Below, piece by piece: positions 1-14,331 of a stretch of DNA of 64,000 bases. The notes under the pieces were generated by a model. It did not search any database. It was given only the letters and a program-made list of their open reading frames with translations, and was not told the origin of the DNA. The first letter of the stretch is position 1. Each line of letters opens with the position of its first letter. Location of the stretch: positions 31,062,001 through 31,126,000 of the forward strand of contig NC_135657.1 of the NCBI RefSeq assembly GCF_964188315.1. The letters are read 5' to 3'. The translations under genes were made by a program, and so were the position numbers. The stretch comes from Podarcis muralis (lineage: Eukaryota).

Positions 1-1987
1 GGGGCTGGTGAAGGTTGCACCATTGCTGGGAGCATGGCAATGATCTGGGGGAGTATATCACATGGCACAAGTGTCCTCCTTCACTGTGCCATCTCATCTG
101 TCCCAGCTATGACACCACTGTGTTTCCCCTGTTCATCTTGCTTCTATTTCTTGATCGTACAGCTGTGCCAATGGATTGTTCTGCCATTGTATCTGGGATG
201 TCAAGTCAGTAGTGTATTGGGGCTTTTGTGAAATCCTATAGCCCTCAGTTGACATCAGTTTGTATGCAGCCAGGTAAACCCTCACGCTGACCTGTGGTGA
301 TGCTTACAAATTGAGCATAGGATTGTACCCTTAGATGCCTAAATTACACCACCACAGAGAAGTTAAGCCTATCAATAGCTACCAGTCATGATGCTTATAT
401 GCTACCTGCAGAACCAGAGGCAGGAGGCCTCTGAATACCAATTACTGTAGAACGATAGCAAGAGGAACTGGATGCAAGAAACTGGATGCCAGCTATAGGC
501 TTTAGGTCTGATCCTGCAGAGTTCTTATATTTCTTATGATATATAATGGATGCTAAAGTGTTAGTGTACCAGGCATGTAACAGTTAAGTTCTCTATGAGA
601 ACAGCAAGAAACTAAACAACCAGTGCTGTGCTGAAGCACGGGCTAATCTACCCATCTGGCTAATGGAAGGATGACTGTTTCTGAGATTAGGGAGCCTGCT
701 GGGTTTTAAAGGCAGGTAGTTAAAAAAAGAGAGAGGAAAAGATCATTGATAGAGTTTGGCTGTAGATCTGTTACGGTATAATGCTGCTGGAGTTCTGCAT
801 ACAATCTGGCTCTAAAGCAAAATGCACAACTAAATAAAATAATTTTACCAATATTTAAAGTTTATGGATCTAATCAGCCCCTGTAGGGTTGCATTAGGAA
901 TTAATATTGTTCGATTCTGTAGCTTTTAAAAAATGTAACTTTCATTGTGAACATTTGCTTTCAAATTGTAATCTCATATACAATTCATTTTCTGTATACA
1001 TGCACAAAATTGCTAAATTAATTGCATAGATGTGTGGAGACTTTGTCCCTTCATTGTGAAGGGACTTCTGTCACTCAGTTGGGCCAAACTCTAAATCTAT
1101 CCACTGTATGTTAGGGGGACAATTTCTACACTCATTGTGGTAAGTAGCTATTGGTCTCCTCAGTGTATGATATTATAGATGTCTTAACTGTTTTGAATAT
1201 AGAATGACGGAGTCTATAATTTAAAAGGAGGGGAGGTACTCTTTGTGCTGCAATTGGCATTAATGGACATTGGATGCAGAATCAATTGCAGACTATGAAT
1301 GAAATCAATTTGTTTTGATACTAATTGTGTTTTAGATACAACATAAACTGATCATCAACATATAGTATATAGCATATATCTATTTATGCATTATATTAAC
1401 TAACTCAATAAGAAGGCAAATGATGCCTCTCGCAGTGTTCTTTCTATTAAATATAAGCTCCTTATTTTTTCATATCATGATTTTAAGAATATCACATTGG
1501 GTGCTAGTGCTAGATTTGCCTCCCCCTTCAGATTTTAAGAACTACTTCCATCTTCTCTTCCTTTTTCTGTCATCTTCCTCCCTCTCCATGCACTCAGTCT
1601 AAACAAAGTGATAACCATTCAGTCTCACTTTAAGAAAAGAACAAATTGCAGGAAAAGAACCCATTTGGCTGCTTGTATAAAATGATTCATGGACATAAAG
1701 CTCTATGTAATTTTGATTTGATAAGTGGAACATTATGGAGTGATTGCTCACTTCTGACTATCTCAGAGGATTAAGCATCACACCTGCTCTATCTATGTAA
1801 ATTCCAATAGGACTGAGACTTTGATGCACAGAAAGAGATTACAGCTGTATCAAACATCCCCTCTTAGGCTGGCACCGAAGGGAGACTGAAGTTGGAAGCT
1901 TGCTTATCACTAGCCTTCCTTATCTCTTGGGCTAAAGCTTGGCTTTATTTCTTTCCCAGGCCGAAGATGAAATTCCTGCTGCATTTC

Positions 1988-2026
<39 letters not shown>
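1988..2026. repeat. (AAT)n microsatellite
   Basis: About 13 perfect units. Confidence 0.95.
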
Positions 2027-2027
<1 letters not shown>

Positions 2028-2368
2028 GAAATGAAGCTAAGATTTGATAGTACTGTAAGTTCAGCTTCGAATCAACCAGTGGTTTGTTCTTGGTTTTTTT
2101 TTGGGGGGGAGGGTGAGTTACACATTGAGTTAGGCACCCCTTTCAAATATGCCAGGTCACAATCAAGAGATTGTCTTTGACCCTTTAAAAGCTACCAACA
2201 AAGAACCTATAGTTTCTGTTGCCCATTCCTTTTCTGCTCCTCATTAGCCTCCCTTCCCTGGCTGCTGCATCAGGCAGGCAGAAAAGCCAAATTAAAGGAC
2301 AAAGGAAGATGAAGCAGGATGGAGAAACCAGTGGGTGCAAGTCTTTTGCTTTAATTGGTAGCTTTAAA

Positions 2369-3020
2369 CAGGGGTGGGCAACCTGTGGCTTCCAGGTGTT
2401 GTTGTATTCATAGGAACATAGGAAGCTGCCTTCAGCCAAGTCAGACCATTGGTCCGTCTAGCTCAGCACTGTCTACATCAGGGCAGCCCAACTTTTCTTT
2501 CCAAGTGGACTGCAAGAAGACTTGGAACCCATGGGCCACACACTACCATGTCTGGGTGTGGTGGTTTAAGGCCAACATTTGATGCCCTCACAGCTCTTGC
2601 ACTGCCTTCTGAAAGTTAGATAAGTGAGGCGTAGGGCTTTGGGAAGGAGGCACAATGCGCTGGCAGCATCTTAGAGCTCTCCCACCTCCCTCCCCAAAAC
2701 TTGGAAAGCACTAAATAGTCTTTGGGAAGGCAGTGCAAGGGCTGGAGACGCCAAATGTTGCCAAGGGCTGCCAAAAAAGGCCTTGAGGGCCACAAGTGGG
2801 TCTCAGGCCATGCGTTGCAAAAAATCTCCCCCCGATCCACATTGACTGGCAGTGGCTCTCCAGGGTTTCGGATAGAGGTCATTCTAGCCCTTCCTGGTGA
2901 GGTCAGTGACTGAATCTGGGACCTGAGTTGTGGCCCTGCTCCAACTCCAGTCAGTCCTAGCTAGCACATTCAGTGACCAGGAATGCTGTGGGCTATAGTC
3001 CCTTCAATATCTGGAGGAGG
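2369..3020. mobile_element. Nested cluster: hAT MITE containing a Squam2-like SINE (-) that contains another hAT MITE (2479-2834)
   Basis: Outer CAGGGGTGGGCAACCTGTGGC start; SINE halves at 2409-2478 and ~2843-2935; inner element starts CAGGGCAGCCCAAC with degenerate 8-bp TSD GTCTACAT/ATCCACAT. Confidence 0.6.
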
Positions 3021-6000
3021 AGGAGGAAGAAGAAGAAGATGAAGATGCCACCCATCTGACTGGGTTGTTCTAGCCACTTTGGACGGCTCCAAACAAAGTA
3101 TTAAAAGAATAATAAAACCTCAAAACACATCTTGAGTGTGACCTGACAATCTTACTAACTTCCATTCTCCACAAATAAAGTTCATTAAATCAGGTTCGTG
3201 TAAACAGTCTGTAGATGAACTGATGCGCTGGACAAAATAAACCTGTTGAAGGGCAAGGAATCCCATATATGGGTGGAAACATAAATGTGATTTGTGAACT
3301 GCCAATTAGTGCCAATAGCAGTTTTCCTTTTGTGGCAAACGAGCTTGGAGTGTGATTTGCAGTAGAATTTCAGTGTGGGGGGGAAATGCTAAGCTCCATC
3401 TCCCTGCATGCTGCAGTTCTGATTGCCCCCCACCCCCAAACTGCTGTTTAGATCCATGAAATCCAATCATATATTTCTTGAAATGTTTAGCCTGGCATTG
3501 ATGACGGGTGGTTTGGTAGCTTCCTGTTGCTGTGGTTACTGTCATTAGAACAAGATGAACATGTGAAACTGCCTCAAATAGAGGATGATCATTGGTCCAT
3601 CTAGTCCAGTGTTGTCTACTCTTAACTGATGGAGGCTGTCTGGTCTCTTTCCCAGATCTGATATGAGAGGTTTTTTAATTTGGAAACTGAGTCTGGGATG
3701 TGGTGTATGCAAAGCAGGTGTACTTCGTGTGAGATAACCAGCTTCATATAACCAACAGTTTTAACTCTAATTAATGCATGAAGGAGTTAATACCATAGAG
3801 TAAGCTGTCCTGCCAGGCTTAGTGAGATCACTTTCCCTCACCTTGGGAGGAACTAGGTAATCAGGCCTATCATTCTTGCCCAGTCTACCTGAGAAACTCA
3901 GTGTGTGAAGAAGCTTGAGCTGATTGCTCCAGCTCAGAGGGCATGGCCCTCACAAGCCACTCTTGAGTTCCTATACCAATAGTTTATTTCACCAACTTGT
4001 AACTAAGCCAGGTTTTACTGCCTGTACAACTTTTTCTGAATGCTGTATGGAAAAGCACATGAATCGGACCTTCAGAGAGTTTGTAAGTAAACCATTTTTA
4101 ACTTACCAATCGTGTGGTCTTTCTCTATGCTCAGGGAAGAGGGAAACTTTGGAATTCCTTTTAAAGGGCATATTTTAAAAATCTAACAGACTATATTTCC
4201 ATGCTTTACTTTGCTCCATGTTTTGTGATTTTAAATCTCTGCTGAGGTTCTTTTGCCAAAGAGTACTTGCCCCAAACCTGGTTCTTGGCATCCAGGAATT
4301 CTCCTTTTTGCTCCTGTACCAACACTTCCACTGAGACAGAGACCCTGCCAAAGATGCAACCTCTTCTCTAACAGGTAGGAAGACTTCGGGATTTGAAGTC
4401 ACAACCCTACAGCCCACCTGATGAGAAAAAGTGTGAGGCTTATAAATCAACGAGTCTTAATGGACAAAAACCAGATACTGGTAGTACAGATATAGGAAAG
4501 CTGTTCTTTGTGATCACATATTCAGAATATCCCTATATTCAGTCATAAACTCTGAAGACTAGGATGTCTTAATTTCTCACCCCAACCCCGCAAAGGAAAA
4601 CCATACATATGTGAAAACAGCAAAGAATGTTATGGATGAGAGTCTAGTTCATCAGTTGTAAGATACAGCTGATAAAGTGGACTCTGGACCCTAAATGCTT
4701 ATGACATCATATATATTTCTAGTCTTTAAAGTGTCAGATTTCTTTGTTGTATTTGCTAACGTAGTCACCTTTCTGGGAATAAATATATATGATGATACTT
4801 TGGGGAGAAATACAATTTTCGGTGTGTTGTGCCCTAGCAGTGAAAGTGCTGTAGAAACGTTGGCTTTGAGAAATAAAATCTACTTGCAGCTTGCCATAGT
4901 TAGCTCTGCCTTTTCACACTGCTTTGGCTTTCCCTTTGTTGCACAGACTGAAACCTTTTTATCGTGGAATTCCAGATGGATTCCAATGCCATCAAACTGC
5001 AAACTTATCCAAAATGGACAGATACTCACTATGCTGTTCAGCTGTAATTGGCACTCTTGCGGACAGTCTCTGCAGGAAATGGAATCAGCATGGCTGCATA
5101 CACTCTAATCTGTCTTAAAGGGAATATATTTTATCCTTCCAGCTGCCTTTCTTTGTAGCGATCCTTGTGGTGGGCAGCCACACTGAACTCGTTCTGCCTC
5201 TTCACTGGATGAATAGGACAACCATTGTCCTTTTACCCCATTTAGTTTTAGTGACTATAATTTACAATATAAAGACACTTTAGCTCCAAAGCATTCGTTA
5301 GCATCTTACTCCTTTAGCTAAAGCAATTTTCGTCCATTCTGGGCTTTCCAGTGTACCACTCTGCACTTAGTTTTGCATTCTTTTATTTTTTAAATGTTCC
5401 TTTGTCCGTCCAAAATCACATTGATCAAACCGGACAATAGAGGCGATGCAAACAACATTACTTTCAGAACCCTTTGATATGAATAACACAATCAACACAT
5501 CCAACACAGAGATATTCCTCTCAGAACCCAGAAACACAAGTCCCTAAAACACAGGTCCTCGGTTGATGCCACTTGAACAAGCCCAAACAATTTTCTATTT
5601 CTTTTCAAGGGAATGGAAATCGAATGAAGCACAGCCTCTTGCTCATCTCATACCTTCTGTATTCAAAGCTGTCATTGTCTAGAAGAATATGTACATCTAT
5701 AAATACCTCCCCAATTGCTGTTCTGTTGAAATAGGCAATGAAACTACAGAATCATTGAACTGTATGTCACAAGGATGCTTAATCTGGAGCCTCGTTCTAC
5801 ATGGATATGCAACTGGTGTTAAGGAGTGGGGTGTGAAGTCCGTGTGGTCAGTATGTTCATAAATCAAGGCAAAATCTGCACATTACATGGAAATGTCTTT
5901 GTTGCCAGCACAATGGCTAGCCTCTCAGAGAAAAATGAATTTTGGAAAGGACCTGTTTTGAGTGAAATGATGGATGACAAGGAGGGTGCTTATTCCTTTC

Positions 6001-7822
6001 TCCACCAGCCTTTCTTCCCACTCCATAGAGTTTCCCCCACTGCTTACCCCCAAGAGTTTTGAAAAGCAAGAAAATAAGCATTTGGATAAAAAAACAGATT
6101 GGAGATCTGGAGCAGGAAAAAAGCTAGTGTGGAAAGCGTTACGTAGCCACTGTCTATTCACCACCTTTTCTCTGCTAAAGAGGTTCCTTCCACATGCTTT
6201 TCTTCAGAAACAATGGTCATTGAGGCTGTTTTACATGGATTTGCATGACATATGTAATTTACTCTTTAAGCGAAACTAGAGTGCACTTTTTTTGTTATGA
6301 AAATAGAAGTCATAGGGAAGCCTGAGCAGCCTGGCAGGGTGAGGTTGGGCTGCTAGGTAGAGGGAAAGTTTACTTCTTTCCCTCCTATGGTGTTGATAAA
6401 ATCACCCCTCCAAAGCTGCTGTTTGCATTTCTAAGGGGAGCCTCCATTTTGGCGCCAATGCAAACTGTCCTTAAAATTCGGACAGCAGCTTCAGGAAAGC
6501 AATATTATATTTTGTACATTGCCTTGAGATACAGACGTGGGAGGTCATTAATAATAATAGAGGATGAAATTCAATGTTGCGCTAAGACCAGCATATCCGT
6601 TTGCCAGGTGGAACTATCCTCTTCCCCTGCACACTGTTCTGCAGGTTCTCATGATACCTCCCTTGCACAGGTCTTGCACGGATGGGGCTCGTTAGGTGAA
6701 TCCTGCTCATTTTGTCAGGGCCAGTGCAGGGAGAGAAAGAGTTAAACTCCCCCTTCTCTGCCCAGCCCTGAAGCTGGTCATGCTTCCCCAGCTATTTACA
6801 CAGCTAAAAACCTATGTATTTCCTTTACAAAATTAATGTCACACCTCATTTGGCCCTGAGTCTCTCATTCTATAAGCAGAATAAAAAGTTCTTGCAAGAG
6901 GGTACCAGCAACTAGGATTTGCAGCATCTTATACAGCACAGCTATAGTAGACAGGAGCTAAGGTTTAGATGGGAAGCTTCCTTCAAGTGTATCTTTTGAG
7001 CACTAAGCTGGAATGTGCTGGTAGCTGTTGGCTTGGACTTGGAGCTGAATGAAACTTAACTTTTGTATCACATAGTTAAATATGCAAAGAATGGCTGCCT
7101 CCAAGTCAGAGATCTTTAGTGTTGCTGTGGCATTGTTTTCCCGCAATTAGCTGGAAATGGAATTAAAATAGAGGGTCCACACAGTACTTAATACATTTCT
7201 GTATTGTCATCAGGCCTGGAGGCTAGCTTTGTGGCAGGCTGCAGCTGGGGTCTAATTCTGACACTGGTAGGTAAGAAGCAAATGAGTCAGAGGCAGGGGA
7301 TGTGATCTCTGGCAGGCTGCAGCTAAGGTACGTTATCAGCTAAGCTGGTTGTTTCAAATCTAATTTCAGGAGTAGAAACAAAGGGCAGGGTTCAACTAAT
7401 CAGGCCCATAAGTGGAAGATGAGTGCAAAGAATTCCACTTGTGCAATGGGACTTCTCCCCCTCTCACCCCCCTACACTCCCCAAATTGACTCGGGTCTTG
7501 GGGGTGGGAAGATCCCCAGGACAATGCTCTTTCCGTCTGGCAAACTGGGATGCTTGTCCTGACACAACGATCAGCATAGCACTTTGTCGAATTTCTCCCA
7601 GAACTGTTTTTTTGCAATCATTTGACTCTTATTTTAAAAGAATGCTTATTTTCCCATGTGTGCTTGAGCTGTTGTCAGGAGGAATTAAATGATAAGAGCA
7701 AATCCTCTTTATTGATGATATCTAAGTTTAAATCACGTCAATTCTTATATATGTTTCATTAACTGTGCTGCCTTGTCGTGGCATCTTTAATATAGAGACT
7801 AATAATGTGGCTTGCGAAGGAG

Positions 7823-7823
<1 letters not shown>

Positions 7824-7858
<35 letters not shown>
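7824..7858. repeat. (CA)n microsatellite
   Basis: Perfect dinucleotide run. Confidence 0.95.
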
Positions 7859-7860
<2 letters not shown>

Positions 7861-7974
7861 TCTAGTTAAACTTTTCTGCATATGGCCAATAGTAACAGAA
7901 CAGCTGTCATATACCAACCACTTTAACACCTCCCCCCCAATGAGTGCTTCTGTGTGCCAAGCCTTCATTGCCTT

Positions 7975-8090
7975 TATATCACATGCTGGCCACATGACCC
8001 GGAAGCTCCCTCGGCCAATAAAGCGAGATGAGCGCCGCAACCCCAGAGTCAGTCACGACTGGACCTAATGGTCAGGGGTCCCTTTACCTA
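7975..8090 (+). mobile_element. Sauria SINE 3' fragment
   Basis: CATGCTGGCCACATGACCCGGAAG...GAGATGAGCGCCGCAACCCC...GGGGTCCCTTTACCT. Confidence 0.85.
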
Positions 8091-8550
8091 TCATTGATGG
8101 AAATGATTACCAGCTGCAGAGATCTCAGTGGCACCACCCTCTGGTGGTGGCTTCTGTAACAGTGGTGGCAGTGACTCCCAGGGCAACAATAGTGGCTGTC
8201 CCCCATAATACTCATGCCTAGTTTGGCGATGATATCTCCCGAGGTGGCAGAACCTATGCCAAAAAATTGAAGTCACACCAAAGCAATGCTTTGGTCCACC
8301 ATCTTGAGTCAAAATGGCACCCAGCATCTACACAGCGCTGAAGTCCTCCAGCCCCACCTTGGGAATCCTCGTGCTGAGGTTGGTGATGATATCTAGTGGT
8401 GTCTGAACCTATACCAGAAAATGGGCAAAAGTCAAATGAAAGTGACATTTCAGTTTGTCCATTTGATTCAAAATGCTGTCCAGCATCCATCTCGGGAACC
8501 CTCATGCCAGGTTTCACAATGATATCTCAAGAGGTGGCCAAAACTATAGA

Positions 8551-8786
8551 GAAGAAGAGTTTGGATTTGATATCCCGCTTTATCACTACCTGAAGGAGTC
8601 TCAAAGTGGCTAACATTCTCCTTTCCCTTCCTCCCCCACAACAAACACTCTGTGAGGTGACTGGGGCTGAGAGATTTCAAAGAAGTGTGACTGGCCCAAG
8701 GTCACCCAGCAGCTGCATGTGGAGGAGCGGAGATGCGAACCTGGTTCACCAGATTACGAGTCTACCGCTCTACACCACACTGGCTC
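8551..8786 (-). mobile_element. Squam3-type SINE, reverse orientation
   Basis: Reverse complement of the 59466-59720 element, with a small deletion in the head. Confidence 0.88.
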
Positions 8787-11534
8787 AGATAGACAGCTAG
8801 TCAGACTGACAAACCACTTACCAAAATATGTATTAGGTGTGCTTGTGTAAACTTTGGGAAGCATTGCATTTTAAAAATATATTTTTTCTTAAATAAAATA
8901 AGAAAATACTTGGAATTAAAGTATTTTGCATTTTTCAAAAAGCAATTTAATAGCAGTAGATTCAGGGTATTATTGAATGAAGAGCCCAACGTGAATCACT
9001 ATTTAATATGACCTTAGCAAAACAAGATGTCATATTGTGTGGTCCCATATGTTACTCATACTTCTTTAAAAACGGGGATATTAGGTGATTCAGAATTTGC
9101 AATATGCTACAGATATAGCGAACAGGAAAAATGTTGTTAATGAAGGAAAGCACTTTCTTTGGCCAATTTTGAAAACTACTTTCATACTCATGAGACAAAA
9201 CTGAAATAAAAGATCATATGAAACACAAATAAGCGAATTAACCTCTCTGAGCCACTCCAGAAGGATACTGTGGTCAATATCAAAAGTCGCCAAAAAAATT
9301 CTTTTTGATGCTCCCCTATATCTGACAAATGAACCAGGGTGATCAAGGCAGACCATTAGCCATTGGATGATAATTGTTTAACACTTGTAGGTCCACTTAA
9401 GGAGGAATAACAAGATAGCTAGCTGTAGGCACATTCCTGCAGAATTATTGGCACATTCTAGGAACTGAATGTTAAAGTATCTGCATTTGTGAAAGTTAGG
9501 AGTTAGGGCCAAACTAAGAAAGATATTAATTGTATGCATGCAGGTCCCTTTTAATGAACAGAATGCATTCGCCAGAAATTGTTAGGTGAGCAGTCACATA
9601 ACGAGTCCATGATTTAAATTATTTCCTATGGAAATATTTCTAATGTGGGATTCGTCCAATCTCTCCCCCAACCTCCAAAGGGGAAAAAACTGATTTATCC
9701 AATCTCTCCTGCTCCCTGATTTATCTGATCTCACTCCCCCTCCACTCTGTGGTTTCTGCCCGAAAAGGGCTGCTACCGACCAGCAAGGCACAAGCAAACA
9801 AGGAAGTAAGAAAGTTGACTGTCCAGATATCTGAATCTGCAGAGCATGCTGCAAGATTTATTTAATTCTTTATGTGCGGATAAGTGGATTTTTATGATAG
9901 TGCGGATGTGGATAGCGGGGCCTGAGTGTATGAGGGGAAGCTGGATCACCTGCTGCGTGTGATACCAATGAAAGCTCTCCCATCTGCCATTAGCCCCTGG
10001 AAGTGAGCTCACATAAGTGCCAGGAGCTTCTTAGGATTAAAAGACCCTTGGGAGTGATTCTCATCAAAACAGCTGTAGGGGGCAAGAATGAAACCCCCCA
10101 CCAAACACCATTGTTCTGATCCAGCTTGCCCTCCTCCAGCACCTATTTAAACTGCGGTGGGGTGGAAAATGTGCAGGTTAATTTTCCTTACGTACAATTA
10201 TCATCTATCAACTTTGTCCTGTCCTAGGTCAGCTCGAGACTTCCAGGGGAGGCTGGGTTGGAGGAGTGTTACTTACTGAATGGGCAGGGATACACCCAAA
10301 TGAATAAAGTCAAGATAAGCTGTTCAGAATCGCAACAGGCAAGGAAGGCAAAGCACAGCCTGTCAGGACCCTGGACAGATCATTGTGGGAGAAACTGGCT
10401 GGAATTCGCCTAAGAAGAGCTGTTGTCTGAGCAGCATGAAGGCCTGTCTGGCCTGGGCCAGCTGTTAACCTCATTCCCTGTGGTCCTTAAAGGGCCAGTG
10501 CATGATTCTTCAGCCACTGAGTCTTAAAGCACAGGTACAGCAGTGTACACTCCATTGGGGCTGCCCTCTGAGTCTGAAGAGTCAGTAATACCACATCCTC
10601 TGATCTGGAAGGTCTTGGAGTGGAGGATGACGGTTCTCTAGGCAATGCCCCCTCCCCTTCTAAGTCTTCCTCAAAGCCAGGTGGAGGATAGAAGCCAGAG
10701 AACCTAACATATTTTGGCCCGTAATATGTCCACTCAGATTGCTGGGGTACATTTTTGGAGCTTTCATGTAGAAAAGGTAGTGTAAGTGTGGCTGCATAAA
10801 GATACATATTGATCTGAACACACACTTCAGGAAGCTGACACGAGTATTAATATTTGGAATATGTATCTGGGTGGGCAGAACACACCTCCCAATAAATCAC
10901 TCCAGTTTGTCTATGTGTAAGAATCTTCATGTACAAAAGCATAAAGAAAAATAATGAGAAAAGCCTTTTAAAGATAAAAATGCCTCAGTATCACCAAGAG
11001 CTAATGACATGACAGACCAGTTAGCCTCTGAAGCTAGAATGGGGAACCTGTGGCACTCCAGTTTTGGGTTTAATTTTTTTTGCTGGACTACAGTTCCCAT
11101 ATTCGGCCATGTTTGCTAGGGCTAATGGGAATTGAAGTCCAACAACATCTGGAGGGCCACAGGCTCTCCATCCCTATTCTATGGCACTAACACACATTAG
11201 GTCTTTTTGCTGCTAATGAGTGACACAGTTGCTCTTCTGGTTTGTCTGTGGGATGAAAGTACTTGGGACCTGGGAAGCTGTCCATGGTTTTGATCTCTCA
11301 GATATGGAAGTTCAAACAACTGCCATTCTCACATTTTTGTACAACAAATTCACGCCAAGTAGCCTGACTATGCACAGATGACACAAGTGCCAGTTGTCTT
11401 GGAGATAATCTGGATTGAATCTATTATAATTGAAAGGATGGATTTTCTCCATAGCAGCAGAGGATAAATTAATGGGGGGGACGGACCTGTTTGCAAGTAA
11501 TGTAATTTCAGTGTTTGAAAAAATTCTCTTGCAG

Positions 11535-11603
11535 ATAATCGCATTTGATGAGTTAAAGACAGACTTCAAGAGCCCTATAGATCAGTGCAACCCAGCGCAT
11601 GCG
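11535..11603 (+). CDS. CNIH3: CNIH3 coding exon 2 (IIAFDELKTDFKSPIDQCNPAHA)
   Basis: ttctcttgcag|ATAATC...CATGCG|gtgagt; 69 nt, phase 0/0. Matches the cornichon IIAFDEL.TDF..PIDQ motif; KSPIDQCNP is the CNIH3 form. Confidence 0.97.
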
Positions 11604-14331
11604 GTGAGTTCTGTTCTGTTATTTTATAGTAATTTAGTTTTGATAATAATGCTAAACTGTCAACAAAAATATGGATTTGAATCAGGATTGCCTAAAAGTG
11701 AATTTTATTTTAATATGTAAACAGGGTGAGTCTTGATATAATTATTTCTGATTCAGAAATGAGGGGTGTTGGAATGGAAAAAGGCACATACCAAGGGTTG
11801 ACTCACATAACTGAAAATCAGCTGTGCTTTTGAAGGGCAAAGTCAACACCCATTACATATAGCTTGTCATGTGGCGAAGTGGTCAGTTGATCATCTGGCC
11901 ACTCTCATCATATGGACATGTTGACTCCCCGTGGGTAATTATATGAGTGAAAATACATTTTAGTTGCATTCCTCATGGAGAGATTGTTGCTCCATTGCTC
12001 CACCATAATGGCTGTGACAAAACTACCCCATCCCCAGAAATCCTGACAATGGGCCTAATGAGAGGTTAGAGGATGGTTTCCCACTATGTGAATGAGCCTT
12101 GGCCTCACATGCTCCTCTTTCCCTCTCCTATTGCATGCCAGAAGAGGAGATCAAAAGCATCCTCTTGAGTTTTAAACAAACCACAGTGCCCTGTTTTATG
12201 TTCAGAGTCAATGAATTGTGTTTTGTTTAAACTTGAATTAATGAACAAGCCTGGATCAGAAACAGTGGCTTAATCCTGATTTGTGTGAGCTTTTACAGAT
12301 TTTAAAGAAACCATGTCTCCATGTTGGGACCTAGCCAGAGAATACTGGTTTGTTTAAAAGTGGAAAGAGATGCTTCCAATTTCCTCTGGAGCATATGAGA
12401 AGAAGGGAAAGCAGGAGGGAGTATGCAAGCTTGAGACTTGCCATGGCTTATTTACATAGCGGGGAATCTACATTTTCCATAACATCTGAAACAGCTGTAT
12501 GTGGAGGCAAAGCGGTGAAGATTGTGGATATATGAAGTTTCCTCACATCAAGTTAGGCTATGGACTGTTTATCCCAGCACTGACTGGTGGCAGCTCCAAA
12601 GGTTTCAGGAATAGCATCTCTCCAAAAGATAGGCTTGAAAAACAGCTATTTGAGCCTATGGCCCATAGTTAAATGACTAAGAGACCGATTGTAGATGCTG
12701 CGCTGCTTAAGTCTGTTAACCTTTAATAACTACCCTGTTATTTCCAGAGGGAATGTAGAATTTAAATTCCCCTTGATGCCTGGCTGTAGCCAGCGCCTCA
12801 TCCTAGGGAATCATTTTCCCTTTTAAGGATTTCAAGCTCTACAGCAGAGAAGTTATCTCTCTCCAAAGCTGCATGACTGTGTATGCTCGCCACTCATGAC
12901 TGCTGTAGGAATTCATGTCCATTTTTGCCTAGAGAAGCAGATCGAAGTCTCACAGTGTAAGAGGGAGATAGCCACTGTAGCAAATCAAATTAAACTTGCT
13001 TATGAGGTGAGAGAATTTGTCTCTGATGTAATAGCTGATATATTCCATAGGTGAAAGGCACAGTAACCATGTTTACCTAAATAGAACCTGAAGGGAAGGC
13101 GGAGGGGTTTTTCCAACGTCTTTGAAAACCGGTGAAGCATGTTGAGCAGTGAAATGAATAAATAAATAAAACACTCACACAAGGCAAGTGGCAATGTTTG
13201 CTTAACCAAGCTGAAATGCCAAGCTTAAACTGGAAGACTAGAGAAGGCTTCCTTAAACTTTTTGGGCAAAGCTCAGGTCTGCCAAAGCTCATCACCATGG
13301 TTACACCTAAAGCAGCAATTATTTGTTGGATGTCTCTTGCCACAAAGGAAAAAAAGAGTGTCTACACAGTGCTGACTCAGACACCCCTTGCCCTCACTGC
13401 CATCATGCACTGCCCATTTGTAAGGATGTGGATTCACTCAGTGGTGGTACCCTTTACCCAACAGAGGAAGCAACTTCTGCTACACCATGGCAGATGTAAG
13501 AATGAACGCAGACCTTAACTAAAGTGACCAAATTTACTAGATCTGAGGTTGAATCTGCTTCCTGGTGTCATCTGAATCATGTTGGTGGGTAATGCATTAC
13601 AATGGTTTGTATCCAAGGAAGTCGTCCCATTTGCACAAGGACTTCTGCATGTGCAATGGAATCAATAAACCAATCATTTTATTTGTCCCCTTCCTCTCTT
13701 CCCCTACGCACTTCCCAAATCTGTTCTGGGGATTCCTCCAACCCTCTGGAGCACATTTGGGGGAGCGCACATGGGGAGAGGAAAGGAAGAGGAAGTTCCA
13801 CTGTCCAAGCAGATATCCTTGCATGAATGGGATTACTTCCTTAGACACAACATTACATCTTGAAGTAGTGGACACAGATTTTATTACCACTGATTAATTA
13901 TTAATGGAACTCTACCCAAGTCAAGAGCTTTTCAGTCATTACTGGGTTGAAGAGTCAACACAGGTACAGCATTGTCTTCAAGGATGCACTAATTCACCAG
14001 AATTCTTCACATAATGAGGATGAACTGCAGTGGGGAGCTTTTTGTGTCCAAAGCAGCTCCCCATGTGATTGAAACTTCTAGAAAATCAGAGTTTTCAACT
14101 GCATAGGCAGCCTCCATGGACACCAATGCTCCTGATTGCAGAAGTTAATCCTCATTGTGTCAAAATAATTTGTGTGACCTCATGGGCGTTAACCCCAATA
14201 CATGTGCACTCCCTCTTCATCACAGTACCGCTTGGGTTGAGTTTACTCCATTTGGAGGTAGTTTCTTTGATTCATGAGTGTCTTAAATTGTACCCTTTTA
14301 CCCTTCCCTTTCTCTCTCTTTTCTTTGACAG

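Noticed and set aside
1945-1990. Strong acceptor tttctttcccag| at ~1961 as an alternative CNIH3 exon
   Set aside because: Runs directly into an (AAT)n microsatellite with no donor or recognisable peptide.
10487-10825. 112-aa minus-strand ORF with a coding-like stretch (WTYYGPKYVRFSGFYPPPGFEEDLEGEG)
   Set aside because: No recognisable domain, no convincing splice-site pair or start context; cannot be supported without a search.
1-11534. CNIH3 exon 1 (MAFTFAAFCYML...IWH)
   Set aside because: No matching sequence found in this interval; it most likely lies upstream of the window.
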